64,000 bases of DNA. Source: Octopus sinensis. Taxonomy: Eukaryota. Both the position numbers and the translations under genes were made by a program. The notes beneath the pieces were generated by a model. That model had not been told where the DNA came from. It did no database searches and was given only the letters and a program-made list of their open reading frames with translations. Of the stretch, positions 12,380 to 25,495 are shown piece after piece. The stretch covers positions 54,250,001 to 54,314,000 of the forward strand of contig NC_043001.1 in NCBI RefSeq assembly GCF_006345805.1, in the 5' to 3' direction. The stretch's first letter is position 1; the number at the start of each line of letters is the position of its first letter.

Positions 12380-12745
12380 CATCTTGTGTAGCACTGTCAG
12401 GTCACTTCGATCCCGAGTGGGAGTAAATATGAATTAAACCCCTGACTAGATATGCATTAATTGGCACTCCGTTAGTTACGACGACAAGTGTTCCAGATGA
12501 TCTGATCAACGAAACAGCTTGCTCGTGCAAATAGCTGAACAACGCACAGACACACGTATTCAGCATGACTCAGAAAGTGACAAGGCTGGTCCTTTGAATT
12601 ACAGGTACAACTCATTTTTGCCAGCTGAGTGGAGTGGAGGGACCTGAAATGAAGTGTCTTGCTCATGAAGACAACGCACCGCCAAGAAACAAATTCACGA
12701 CCTTACAACCGTGAGCCGAATGCCCTAACCACTAAGCGTCTTCGC
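12380..12745 (-). mobile_element. tRNA-derived SINE (family C)
   Basis: The minus strand reads tagtggttagggcattcggctcacggttgtaaggtcgtgaat...gagcaagacacttcatttc...ccactcagctggcaaaaatgagt, a tRNA-like head plus a core shared with 41400-41700. Confidence 0.75.
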
Positions 12746-13814
12746 TATACATTCCTTGGATTTGGAATGTAAATTTGGAGGTGTGAAAGACACCATATAA
12801 CCAAAGAAGTGGAAATGACGTCAAAAACGTTATGGAACCAGTTATTTGTGAACCGAGCGATTTTTATAGATACCAAGAAAAATGGAATGCTTAATTACAG
12901 AAAAACGCATGATAGCACATCACACTCTTGTGTAGTATGCTATCATCCGCTAATATTATCATGTATATCTTATAACATACGCAAATCAGTCAGTATCCAA
13001 TGCCACAACATATCTCACATAGTATATGTCCTATATAACCAACTTAAAAACACTTCCTTTCCTTTCAAAATGGAACTTTAAAATGAGTGAGCCGAAGAGG
13101 AAAGTATCTGTCTTCTGAGCTTTCAGTCTTGTCTTTCACACAAGATAGTAGAAAATAACTACATGCACTCCCAGACCAGGGGAAAGCAGTCTGACTATTT
13201 TCATTATAGACACGCAGACACACAACAACAGCTGAGAACACACTTTCCGAACCAATTGCGTGATCTTATGAAGAGCTCCCGAGTGATACAAATTTATTAG
13301 AGCCCCGCCGAATTCATGTTTGCTATTCACAGTTAATACGATGCATCTTATGAGATGAAGGTCGCCATGATTAGATATAATGGAGGCCGTACTGATCTGC
13401 ACTTACCAAGTAGATCACTGACAACAAACGCCAAACACTTTACGATCCCATTAGTTAACATTTTTAAATTTGCATTCATCCCCTCTAATCCATTTTCCGT
13501 TAGCGCTTATTATAATAGCTAAATCATATTGATGCTTATTTATTCCTCTTCATCGGTGCACCCAACTACCGGTTGCTGACAATCGCAACGTTCCTATTAT
13601 GCTAATCTTGTCGTTATAGCTTTGTTTTGTCATGGTAATGGTGAAGGTTGTAGTGACTATAGTAGTTGTGGTGGTTGATGTGTTGGTGTTGGTGTTATTA
13701 TAGGTGATGGTGTGTATATAGTACGTTATCATGCTTTCTGTTCCCCCATTGAATATTCTATTTTTCACATTGGAACTGCTTTTTGTCTCTATTTTACTCT
13801 TCGTCCTGACAACT

Positions 13815-14049
13815 ACCTATTCTCTATTACCCACAAGGGGCTACACACAGAGGGGACAAACAAGGACAGACAAACGGATTAAGTCGTTTCTATCGACCCC
13901 AGTGCGTAACTGGTACTTAATTTATCGACCCCGAAAGTAAGAAAGGCAAAGTCGACCTCGGCGGAATTTGAACTCACAACGTAACGACAGACGAAATACG
14001 GCTACGCATTTCGCCCGGCGTGCTAACGTTTCTGCCAGCTCGCCGCCTT
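13815..14049 (-). mobile_element. SINE family B, well preserved
   Basis: Full head ggcggcgagctggcagaaacgttagcacgccgggcgaaatgc through tail. caactacct flanks both ends (candidate 9-bp TSD). Confidence 0.9.
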
Positions 14050-15441
14050 GCAACTACCTGTTGCAACTACGGCCTGCAACCTGATTTCAGAGACCATTGG
14101 AAAGCACCAATAAGAATTACATACATATTTGTAAATTAATTGATGCTGCTATGTGCTTGTGTTTCAGTGTACTCATGAAAAGAGGAATGCTATGTACAGT
14201 ATTAGTGAAATTGTTCTTTGAGTTTTAGCATTAATTTTTGCCGTTGTTGTTGCTGTTGCTGCTATTACTGCTGCTGGGGGTGTTGTCGCTGATGATGACC
14301 ATGTTTCTACTATTGCCTATATTTAGTGATGTTCATGTAGTGTGGATCTTGTTTCTGTTCTCTTCTCTTGTGACCAGAAGAATCCTCAGATGTTTAGCGC
14401 TACCAAATGCGTAGCACCTAAACCTTCTAGCTGTCTTCCTACTGTGCAGTTGGCCAGAAATTATGTTCAGGGTTTAGTGATATGTCTGGATGAGGGATGA
14501 CTTCCATACAAAATCTGGAGTAGTTTTCCTGAAAATATTTTAAGATTCAGAAGTGTGCCTTTTCCATCTACGACAATGCATCTCACGAACTAATGCTCAC
14601 TTCTGATGACACAATCAACATCACTGACCTCGTCTCTTGCTAACTCATGTTTGTAGGAATGAGAGCAAGTACTTTTCTTCTACACAACATAGTGGAGTGC
14701 TTTGAGACGAGAAATTCTGAAGAAAATATCAATTCATTCGTTTCATGACGCCTGGTAGGAATGATGAAGTCGATGTCACTACATATATCTCTAGAGCAGG
14801 TTTCCAGTTAGATATGTTGGCCCTTTTTCACTTACTGTCGCGTAACCACCATACAGTGATATGTCACTGTTATTCTATCAATTTTCTCCAAGAGCTCTGC
14901 GGACATGCAAATCGGCTTCGCTATTCGACGTAGCAGTGGTTGTTTCGTTTTCTTGTTTTCGATGCATTATTTGAAATATCAGGGTCGCTGCTGTTAATTT
15001 CTTTTGTCTTCACTTTCAATATTGTTATCGTTGTTGTTGATGTTTACAATTCGCCTTTGCCGTGGACATTTTTGTTGTCGGATTTGCCACAAGGTATGTT
15101 GTTGGATTTGCCACGAAGTGTTCTGTAAGCGACTTTCAGTTCACCTTCCATGCCAGTGCTTTTCTTGTTGTTACTACTTATTGCAGTGAGATTAGTAACC
15201 GTGTAAACAGTGAAGGTAACGTTAATGTTGTAGCAAAACTGTATTTGAAAATGCAACCCCCAAATAGAATATAAAAACAGAACGAACCAAACGTACTATT
15301 ATGGTTTTACACGTTGTGCAACAAGATGAAACACAAAAACTAGCAAAAAATTAAATTGCTAATCTTGCAAACTATTAATTCTTCATAAGCTTAAGGAAGA
15401 ACAAAATTACGTGGTCAAGAAACAACAAAATACTTTAATGA

Positions 15442-15556
<115 letters not shown>

Positions 15557-15599
15557 GCAGCATATGTTGGAAAATTAAGTAAGAAGATAGTTTTTTATA

Positions 15600-16600
15600 C
15601 TAAAGATAACGAAAAATTATAGTAACTCAAAATAGTAAGAAAACTTCTTTAAATTGTAAAGAGTCTTTCTTTAAAAAGAGCAACAATACTTCTTTGATCA
15701 AAACAAACAGTTCCACTACAAACTAAAGCTATTGTAATAATTAAATATGTACAAAACTGAAATCACTTGTGTTACAGCAGCCAGAGAATTAGAATATTTT
15801 AGGATAAAGAATTAGAGAAACAAAAGCATAAATCGCCAAAAGCGAAAGTGCTCGAAAAACAAGCACAACAGCAAAAACAATTCTAGGCAAGAAATAACAA
15901 GCAGAATTCGTAAAAAATAGAAAACATTTGTTATAAGCTTCAGGGAAAATATCTAGCGATTGCAATATATAGGATACTAAAACAGCTTGAAACAGTACCT
16001 GCATGGCTCACTGAGATAAAAATGTCATGGTTCCCAGAATTAATGAAACACTAAAACTCAAAGAATGTACAAAACCTGCAACCCTACAATATAGAAACCA
16101 TCAATCTAATGAGACAGAGTGAACATCGTAAATGTTTGTGGGTCATTTATCAACATTTACAGCTGAAAACGAAGACTGAAGTAAGCGAAAAAGAGACTGT
16201 GGCAACGATTGTTTACGAGAATAATTATAACATTGCATCCTATTTGTGGTATTTGAAAATATTATCCATGCATAAATACTACATTAAGACACAATAAACA
16301 ATCAGATAACGACAATTATGAACAAAATTCATCCGTATTAGAAGGTAAATGTTCGAACTGGAGTTCTCTCCATTCCTTTTATTGCTTGCATCTATCAACG
16401 TTTGGCCAACATAAGTCAAACTGACACAGACAATTATTATAGTATGGTGTCATCATCCATCCTTTTTTATGGATGGCATCAAATTGTATGCAACAGGCGA
16501 TAAATTAATAAAAATGCTGCAGCATATGTAATACTGAACCGGTTGAGAATTTTTCATGAACTTCGATTTAGAAAAATGCTTCAAATTTTGAAAGAAAAGA
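15600..16600 (+). mobile_element. Decayed Dong-like RT remnant following (AAT)n
   Basis: LAIAIYRILKQLETVPAWLTE resembles LAENFNNILAEPEIMPEWLTK; FMDGIKLYA resembles YMDDLKLYA. Confidence 0.55.
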
Positions 16601-16652
16601 ATTAATTGAAAATCGCTAGTATGATGTTAGATTCTTTAAAAAATGTGAATTA

Positions 16653-17147
16653 CAGTGACCCCTCGTTTATCGCAGTAGATTGGTTCCGAGACCGGCCGTG
16701 ATAAATGAATTTCCGCGAAGTAGGGACACCATATTTACAGTACTTATTTAATGTGTATTTGGACTTTTAAAACCTTCCCTGTACTGTTAACAACCCACCC
16801 ATTACAGTAGTCTGTTAATAAGAAGGACAACTGTTAAGTAATAACACTTTAGATTTTAAAAATTGAAGTTTGTTACTGTTACACAGGCCAGATTACAAAA
16901 TAGAAAGCTGCGATTCGTCGTCTCTCTCCATTGCACCAATCATAACTTGTCTTAAGTTCAAATACCTCTGTATATGCTTTTTTGCTATTTTACGCTTGAT
17001 TTGTTGTTCCTAGACTAGGAAATAATATTTATTATTAATATTTTAATGGATTTAATGAAAAATTGTAGGCGTTCATATATATATATTAAAAATCCGCGAA
17101 GTCGTGAATCCGCGATAGTTGAACCGCGAAGTAGCGAGGGATCACTA
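16653..17147. mobile_element. pogo/Tigger-type non-autonomous DNA transposon (MITE)
   Basis: Imperfect TIRs: cagtgacccctcgtttatcgc and (reverse complement) tagtgatccctcgctacttcgc. TA at 16651-52 and CA (mutated TA) at 17148-49. Confidence 0.8.
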
Positions 17148-17149
17148 CA

Positions 17150-18200
17150 CTAAACACATACTTACAAATACTAAAGAATTAATGAAGTAGACTAGATATA
17201 CCGCGCAAAAATAAAAACAGATTAGTAAGCAATATTACATGCATTAGATTAGCATCATCAACAACAATTTTTACGCTATACTTCATGTCACAATAACAAG
17301 TTTGAATTTTAAAATAACCCACACTCTAATAAAAGGACTTACTGTGGATTTTGATAACTGATTTTTGAAAAATCAGTTATCAAAATCTACACAAAGTCAA
17401 GTATACGAATCTTAAAGTATGAGCCTCCCACATAAAGCATGCCTTTGACTTCTTTCTACCCACATATAGAAAAGCAAATAGAAATTCCGAAATCTAAAAA
17501 GCCTGAGAACATGGCAAAATCACGAACGGAAAACCTAAGACGCGCATCTAATTATTGCAACCATTATCATCTAAAACTCTTCCTACCAAGTACTATGAGA
17601 GAGGCTCTATGTGATCAGTCAAAATCTCCGTGATATGACAGTGTAGACTATAGTTCTAGATATACAAAATAACGACTGATGGAAATTTGGAAAACTGAAC
17701 TGGGCCTAAACAACAACTATTTGTACAATCACTGCCTAATTTCTTGTATCTAGAAACTGGATATATAACATCAAATATTTTTAAACTTAACAAAGTGACT
17801 TAATATCTCAGAGACCCATCACGAACTTATACAGACACTCAAACATTTAGAACGACTTCCTTCCTCCAAATAATCTCAACACAACTACACTGAACTGCTA
17901 CTACTCACAGAGCATTCTTGATAGCTTCAATAATTAAAACGGACAAGCCCCATTCTAACAACCATCAACATCAGCAAGCTTTCGGCTTCACACATACACA
18001 CTCTATCCCCTTATATAGAAAATACGCACAATTTCCTTAATAAATAGCATTAAAACGATGGCGAGTAAATTACATTTCAGGTGACCAAACAGTATATCAC
18101 GAATTTGAAATGTCTTAGACAACCGCAAGAAATCGCCCTCTTTTTTCGCGTACCCCTACATAGTGTATCTTAACTTTCTCAAAACAAATACACAGGATAA
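17150..18200 (+). mobile_element. Decayed Penelope-like RT remnant
   Basis: LTSFYPHI (cf. PLE FYPSI), ELGLN...NFL..LETGY (cf. GLxITI..NFLDVTLNL.TG.Y), ALKRW and a PLHSV remnant (cf. WFNPPYS). Confidence 0.55.
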
Positions 18201-18594
18201 TACACAGATGACAGCTTCAGGCCACATCTGAGACACAGCTACTCCAGTCTTAAGTCAACTTCCATCAATACGTTCATTCAACGCCATCATGTTCGTGGTT
18301 GTTTCCTCGCCTACAACTCTCTTTAATTTGTGTTCCAGCCGTTGACCTTTAACAAACACACTTTTCCCCAAGTTATTCCCACCCGCCACTGTCCACGTTA
18401 TATTCTTATATGAAACAAAAAAATGTTTAATATACATAAATATCTTTCAAATAATTTGAACTAACCTTAATGAACAATAATTAAACCGGGATATATTGTT
18501 TGATCACCTAAAATGTAATTTACTCGCCGCGAATTTATGTTATTCATTAAGGAGGTTTTGCGTATTGATAAATTACAATTGATGAATCAATGCA

Positions 18595-18760
18595 GTCGTT
18601 CAGAAGCTTGCTTCCCAACCACAATAGCTTGGGTTCGGTCCCACTGCGCAGCACCTAAGGCAATTGTCTACTATTATAGTTCCGGGCCGACCAAAGCCTT
18701 GTGAGTAGATTTGATAGAGAGAAACTGAAAGTCTGTCATTTATAATGTGTCGTGTAAGCT
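18595..18760 (+). mobile_element. SINE family A 5' fragment
   Basis: agaagcttgcttcccaaccac...gggttcggtcccactgcgcagcacc...gggccgaccaaagccttgtgag. Confidence 0.8.
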
Positions 18761-19835
18761 GTTGTGTATGTGAAAGTCTGTCGTGTATTACGTCATATAT
18801 TACAAAGATTCTCGTGCTGAGAAATAAGATTTTGTACACAAAGGAGAAAAAAAGAATGGGAAAAGAAATAATGAATAGACATAGTGAAATACTTGTTTCG
18901 TGGTACTGGGAGTTCATTGATCTTTATTTTATTATCAAATAAATAATATTTATTGTAGACTTGCAAAAACAAAAACAAAAATCATAATTCAAAGTTACTA
19001 TTAAAACAAAACAACAAATATTTCCTATAATGTTGATCTTTTTTTATTTCTAATATATAACTTGATGCATCTGTCACAGTAATTTTCTGTAGTTTGACAA
19101 GCATTACTGCCAACTTCATACATATGGTGCCACTATTCTGTAGCTTTTAAAATGAAAATAAACATCCGTCATTTCTCAGTATTCAATATCGATTAATTTA
19201 TACAAGCATGATCCGTGGAAAGTGTCTTTATTGGTCATCTTGAGAGATCTTTATTGATAAATAACTCTTACATGACACACGCACGCACACACATATACAC
19301 ACAAATTCACATGCATATGTACAGGTATTTGTGTGTGTTTATATGTGTGTGTATGTGTGTGTGCGTGCGTGTGTGTGTGTATGTTGACTTGGCTAAGCTG
19401 CACAGTCCTCTCCAAACATTTACTCTCTTATCCTTAAAACCACCATCCTCTCTTTGATCGGATTCTCTGCTTGCTGCTGTTACGAACATTAACAGTACAT
19501 AAATGACTGGCAAACCTCTTAGGTGGTCTACCACATGATCTAGGGTTTTGGAAGATTTGACGGAACACTATTACTATTACAAAGCCATACTACTGTTTCT
19601 TATTACCTCGGTAACAATGCATATCATGTAAAGTTTTTCTTTGTGAGAATATGTCTAAGCCTCTCACGCAAGTTTACCCTTAGTAAAAGTCGTAAACGCG
19701 ACATATTCCAAATTACTAGACTGCGTGTATCCTCAGATTTTAAACTCTGCATCACCGAAGCGTACGTTGTGATATGGATAGTACTTTGTGTCACTGGCCT
19801 GTTTTACATTGTTGCTTAGATTTTCAAGCAAACTT

Positions 19836-19841
19836 CGTATA

Positions 19842-19911
<70 letters not shown>

Positions 19912-19920
19912 GTATGTATG

Positions 19921-19956
<36 letters not shown>

Positions 19957-19979
19957 ATATACGTATATATATATATATG

Positions 19980-20038
<59 letters not shown>
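19836..20038. repeat. (TA)n-dominated microsatellite
   Basis: Directly visible. It is the source of spurious YI-repeat ORFs, as are similar tracts at about 23.1-23.5k, 25.3k, 26.6k, 31.5k, 38.1k and 50.2-50.8k. Confidence 0.97.
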
Positions 20039-20041
<3 letters not shown>

Positions 20042-20186
20042 CGCAGGAGTGGCTGTGTGGTAAGTAGCTTGCTTACCAACCACATAGTTCTCAATGCGAG
20101 GCACCTTGGTGTCTTCTACTATAGCTTCGGGCCGACCAAAGCCCTTTTAGTGGATTTGGTAGACGGACACTGAAAGAAGCCCGTCA

Positions 20187-20190
<4 letters not shown>
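20039..20190 (+). mobile_element. SINE family A 5' part
   Basis: ggcgcaggagtggctgtgtggtaagtagcttgcttaccaaccac...gtagacggacactgaaagaagcccgtc. Confidence 0.88.
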
Positions 20191-20224
<34 letters not shown>

Positions 20225-20520
20225 TGTGTGCATGTGTGTGTGGGGGGGTAACTGTCTTTGTGTGTCTTGAAAAACTCGTTAATATAATTAAAAACCAATA
20301 CATTCGGCTAGAATAGGCTAAATCGCTCGTTTAATCGTGTTTATATTAGTGACAGCCGCAGCAATCAGTAAAGTGATCTAACTTTAATGTGAATATATTA
20401 AAGAGAATTATAGCTCCGGGGGTACATCGTACATTTAAGATAAATAATTTAGTTATTCGGGGTAATTTAAGTTAATTGTGATGTGGTAAGGGGGAGGCTC
20501 AAGAGGAGGTAATCAGATTC

Positions 20521-20622
20521 TAGGCAGGTCAGCTAATAACCTGTAATGTCGGTATTAGCGGTATTTAGAGAATAAGAAGTACCGCTAATACATACATTAC
20601 AGGTTATTAGCTGATCTGTCTA
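20521..20622. other. 46-bp stem / 10-nt loop hairpin (pre-miRNA-like or foldback)
   Basis: Arm 20521-20566 pairs with arm 20577-20622, with three G-U pairs and one 2x2 mismatch. Confidence 0.85.
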
Positions 20623-21170
20623 ACATCTTACCACAGAGCATGATTAAAATTTCGAAGTGCCGATTTTACTTTATTTTATTTTATTTATTATTTTCAGATT
20701 CGGAATCTCCGCAGTCGAAAAGGTGGGTTTCTGTAGGAAAAAAATAATAACCAAAATAGGGTGCGGTCCATATCCTTTACCTCCGCCCTTCTAATTGTTT
20801 ATCGTTGCTTCATTTCTTTTCTTTTCTGTGTATATGTGTGTGTGTGTGTGTGTGTGCGTGCGCGTGTGTGTGTGTGTGTGTGCGTGCGCGTGTGTGTGTG
20901 TGTGTGTGTGTGTGTTATATTAGTTTGCCTCACTTTTGATATTTTCAGTGTCATTAAACATTATAATACATTTATCATAACTATGAAATTACTTTTATCG
21001 TAACTTTTAACTTTTTTGATAAAAAATAAATTAGTATTGCACGTATTTTCTTTCTTCATAACTGTATACCTTCTTTTGCACCACCATGTATATATATGTG
21101 ATATGTATGTGTGTGTGTGTGTGGTGTGTGTGTGTGTGTGTTTGTATATATATATATATATATGTGTGTA

Positions 21171-21203
<33 letters not shown>

Positions 21204-21222
21204 ATGTATGTGTGTATGTATG

Positions 21223-21256
<34 letters not shown>

Positions 21257-21975
21257 TGTATGTATGCACGTATGTATGTATGTATGTATGTATGTATGTA
21301 TGTATGTATGTATGTATGTATATCACACAATTTCGATATAACAAATTCATTCGTCTCACAAGGGTAACCAGAAGCAATGGCAGAAGACCTATTCCCCAGG
21401 CGCTACTCAATAATATCGAACTTAGTTCGAAGCAAACTCTGTAACCATTCAGTCGAACACGAAATGATGATGCTAGGACGAGACACTGTCTGTAAAACAG
21501 TTGACCCGTGATATGCGATCCGGACTTAAGCTCTTGTTGCTTTCTTTTATTAATGTCTTTGCAACTGTTTACTGGCAATGAGAAGAGTACTTACACGCAC
21601 ACACACACACACACACACATAAGCAGTCATCTACGAATATACTTATAAATATATAACTATATATGCATATATATGAATACACATATATACATATCGAAAC
21701 ACTCACGGATGCGCGCAGACGCATGCACATACACACACGCACGCACACATGCATATATTTATACCTAGATGCAAATAAATACGTATATATGCGTGTGTAT
21801 AATAAAGATGTGGACACACAGATTCATACACATACATTCATATATATTTATAACCATATACATTTATATATATATATATAAGTAAGGAAAAAAATTTTTT
21901 TTTTAAATGCAGAATGCTCAAATGAAAGAAAATTTTAATAAAATGAGAAAATGATAAAATATATAAATATATATT

Positions 21976-22016
21976 TATTCAACCGGTTTTCGTCATTGTA
22001 TGACTTGTCAAGAATA
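21976..22016 (-). ncRNA. Minimal type I hammerhead-like motif (U3-A8 core), inverted copy
   Basis: Reverse complement is identical to 22959-22999. Confidence 0.55.
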
Positions 22017-22958
22017 TCTATGTTTTAAGAAGTTATTTGGTAGAAGTTACATTGGTAGAAGGGGAATAACATAATTATGTTGGACAAACGAGTCTCCCGT
22101 TACGTAAACGAGTAACGGTGCATAAAGAACAAATAAATCTCCCGGAATACCGACAAATTCCACTGAGTGACCACTTAGACTCATGTGCTAAAGACTTAAA
22201 CCCCAAATTCTATATATTCCCCTTCTACCAATGTAAAGACGGGATCACCACACAGGAGAGAATTAACAAGGAGAATCTCTTTATTGAAAAATTCCAAACA
22301 CAACTTAATATGCAAACTCCTCGTTGATCAAACTTCCTTTCTCTACCTCACTCTTCATGGATGGACTAACACAAATATATAAAGATACCATGCATTCATC
22401 ACTTCAAGCTAAAACTTATATTCTTTAAATATCATTTTTACTATTGTTGTTATTACTATCATTTTTATTATAAATGATATGACAATTTGAAATGCAATTG
22501 TCTATGCAGATTTATATTATTAGAAAATAATATAAATAAAGTGTTAAAATCTGAAAGTTAAGTTAACAAGCAATTATATAAAAAAGATAATGCAAATGAA
22601 GCTAAAATGATAGTTTTATAATTTGGGTTTTATTGAAGAACTCAAAAGAGTTGTCTCCCCTTACCCACAACACAGGAACTGAAGAACCAGGACCACAATT
22701 ACTACTACTTCCTGTCCTGCAACATGCTGAATTTAACAACACAACACATCACATGCTCTTAATCCCTTTGGATCTTAACACCTCAAGGTAATTTTTTGGT
22801 AAACAACCATAAAACTCAAGATACACAACGAACTCACAATGTATCGGAGAACTTATTTTTTAATTTTTGTACATTTTTATCATTATTCTTTTACAAAAAA
22901 CAATGCAATTTTCTTTTTTTCCCCTTCTAATTTTTAAAATAACTTCTTAAAACATAGA

Positions 22959-22999
22959 TATTCTTGACAAGTCATACAATGACGAAAACCGGTTGAATA
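22959..22999 (+). ncRNA. Minimal type I hammerhead-like motif (U3-A8 core)
   Basis: tattc TTGACAA gtca tacaa tgac GAAAA ccgg TT gaata: 5-bp stem I, 4-bp stem II, palindromic ACCGGT stem III, one extra A in GAAA. Confidence 0.58.
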
Positions 23000-23138
23000 A
23001 ATATATATTTATATATTTTATCATTTTCTCATTTTATTAAAATTTTCTTTCATTTGAGCATTCTGCATTTTTAAAAAAAAATTTTTCCTTACTTATCATT
23101 TCTCCACGTGCGGTCAACACAACCCCACCATTTATTGA

Positions 23139-23193
<55 letters not shown>

Positions 23194-23217
23194 CTATCGG
23201 TACTCTAGTTTTATTTA

Positions 23218-23265
<48 letters not shown>

Positions 23266-23313
23266 TTATATATGTATATAAATATACATATATACATATA
23301 CATATATATAATA

Positions 23314-23353
<40 letters not shown>

Positions 23354-23469
23354 CATATACACACACACACATCTATATATATATATTATATACATATACA
23401 CACACACATCTATATATATATATATATACATATGCACACACACATATATATATACATATATATATGCAT

Positions 23470-23535
<66 letters not shown>

Positions 23536-25306
23536 TATATATATATACTGCTAGTACTTGATAATATGTCGGTGGAAATAACTATGAAAAGAATATAGCA
23601 AAAAACTACAATTTGAGGTAACTACTGATGTTTTACGTCGGTGAAGATTAACACAAACAATTCAAAATCTTTATGCCGGGAGGAAAAGAAGCCAAAACAT
23701 TCTAAGGAGGAGTTTTTGTCAGAGACAGATGAAATGTCAAATGGTGTTGAAGGATAGATATAACAGAGCAGGAAGGTAATGGAGAAGGAAGGTAAAGCAG
23801 GAGAAAGGGGATGTAATTGTAGAAGAAGGAGTCACCGTCTGAATATAAAAATAGAAGGAATACCAAGAGATTTGAAAAAACGCCGACAGTAGCTGAGAAA
23901 ATAATGTCAGATGAAAGGTAAATAGACATTATAAACACACACACATACACATATACACACACACGCACACAGATATATGTGCGTGTATCTGTCTGTGCAA
24001 ATATATGTATATGTGTGTGTGTTTATATATATAAATATATATATATAGAGAGAGAGAGAAAGAGAGAGAGTGAGAGAGGGGAGAGAGGGGAAGAGGGGAG
24101 AGAGAGATGGTGGAAGGTTCATACATACTTAGACAGACACATTTGTAATACAAGCGTATACATATACGTATAAACAATGCAAGCACAATCATACGGCCAA
24201 AAATATTTTTTTCCTAGTCATTTGCTTATATCTATGCAGTATTTATACATGTGTATAAGTGTATGCATTTATGTATAATAGCATAATAGCATACACATAC
24301 ACACACCACATATATATACGTCACTGAGCGCGCGTATGTGTATGTATGTATGTCTGCGTATCTGTGTGTTTGTATAGTGTTTCCCATGTCATTACTTCCT
24401 TACTTCAAAATTTATTTTTCGAGTCTGTTGGTGTCTTTTTAGTTTCTTACCGATCTGACAGTTTCTCCTTCCATTTTGCTCTGATCTCCCCCTCCGTTTA
24501 CATTTCCGACTTCTCTCCTCTTCTTCACCTCCTTCTTCTCCACCCCTACCAATTCTGTTTCTCTAATCCCAGTATATTTATCTTTCAGCAACAGTTGACA
24601 TATCATCTCTTCCCGACGGAGGGTTCTTCCGGAAACCTTATTCTCCCTCATCGTGGCATAAAATTTCTTCTACTGTTTGAAGTATTTGAATAAATATCTA
24701 TACAGAGTCGTTATACAAAATGTTTAATAAATATTTATTTAGCATCGCTGTGAGGGTAGAACTCGTGTCTAAACAAGAAAGTTATCAGCGGATTGGAATG
24801 GAAATCGAAATGGTTCGTTTCGTTTCGCACTAAAGATTCAATAAGGATTTCCCACCGATATTTTTTTAACTGCTGATAGAAATTATTGTGTAACTACCTG
24901 CAAAAATGTAACCAAGATTATACCCTGCTCTAATCGTTGGATCACTTTGTAACTATTTGCCCGCTTTCTTCAGAAAGCTTGAAAGTCAGTGATAAACGAT
25001 CTCTGATGAATATGTCACAAAAGTAAATTATACATGTCACTCCTCCATTGCAAGCTGCTAAGAGCTATGTCGTTTAGCAACAGAACCGATTTCCATAGCG
25101 AGACAAAATATCATTATTAAATCTACAGATGTGATTTCGTGTACATCTTAACAAAGCATATGCGTGTGTGCGCATGAGTGTGTGTAAGTAAAGTCAATTA
25201 AAGAGCACATATTTAAGAGCTGTTTCCTTGGTGACATGTTTAGACCATAGTAACTGACTGTAAATCAACGTTTCATTGAAGCTTCTTTAAATTAAAACAG
25301 TCACCA

Positions 25307-25353
<47 letters not shown>

Positions 25354-25357
<4 letters not shown>

Positions 25358-25433
25358 CCCGTCCGTGTTATTTTGTATCGTCTATCTGGATGTTTTGTTG
25401 TCCCGTTTTACGTTCTTGTCCCATTTTGTATTT

Positions 25434-25495
<62 letters not shown>

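Larger units (their letters stand above)
21878..23096 (+). mobile_element. Penelope-like 3' fragment (GIY-YIG C-half) with inverted terminal copy
   Basis: NYVGQTSLPLRKRVTVHKEQI...LSDHLDSC...FYIFPFY...KENLFIEKFQTQLN is a PLE GIY-YIG signature. 21878-22038 is a near-perfect inverted copy of 22937-23096. Confidence 0.85.

Noticed and set aside
18255-19480. Candidate minus-strand exons (acceptor tttgtttcatatAG at about 18406; 53-nt exon at about 19427-19479)
   Set aside because: Splice-like signals are present, but the peptides (e.g. NITWTVAGGNNLGK or EYNVDSGGWE*) match nothing I recognise. Such signals are frequent by chance in AT-rich DNA.
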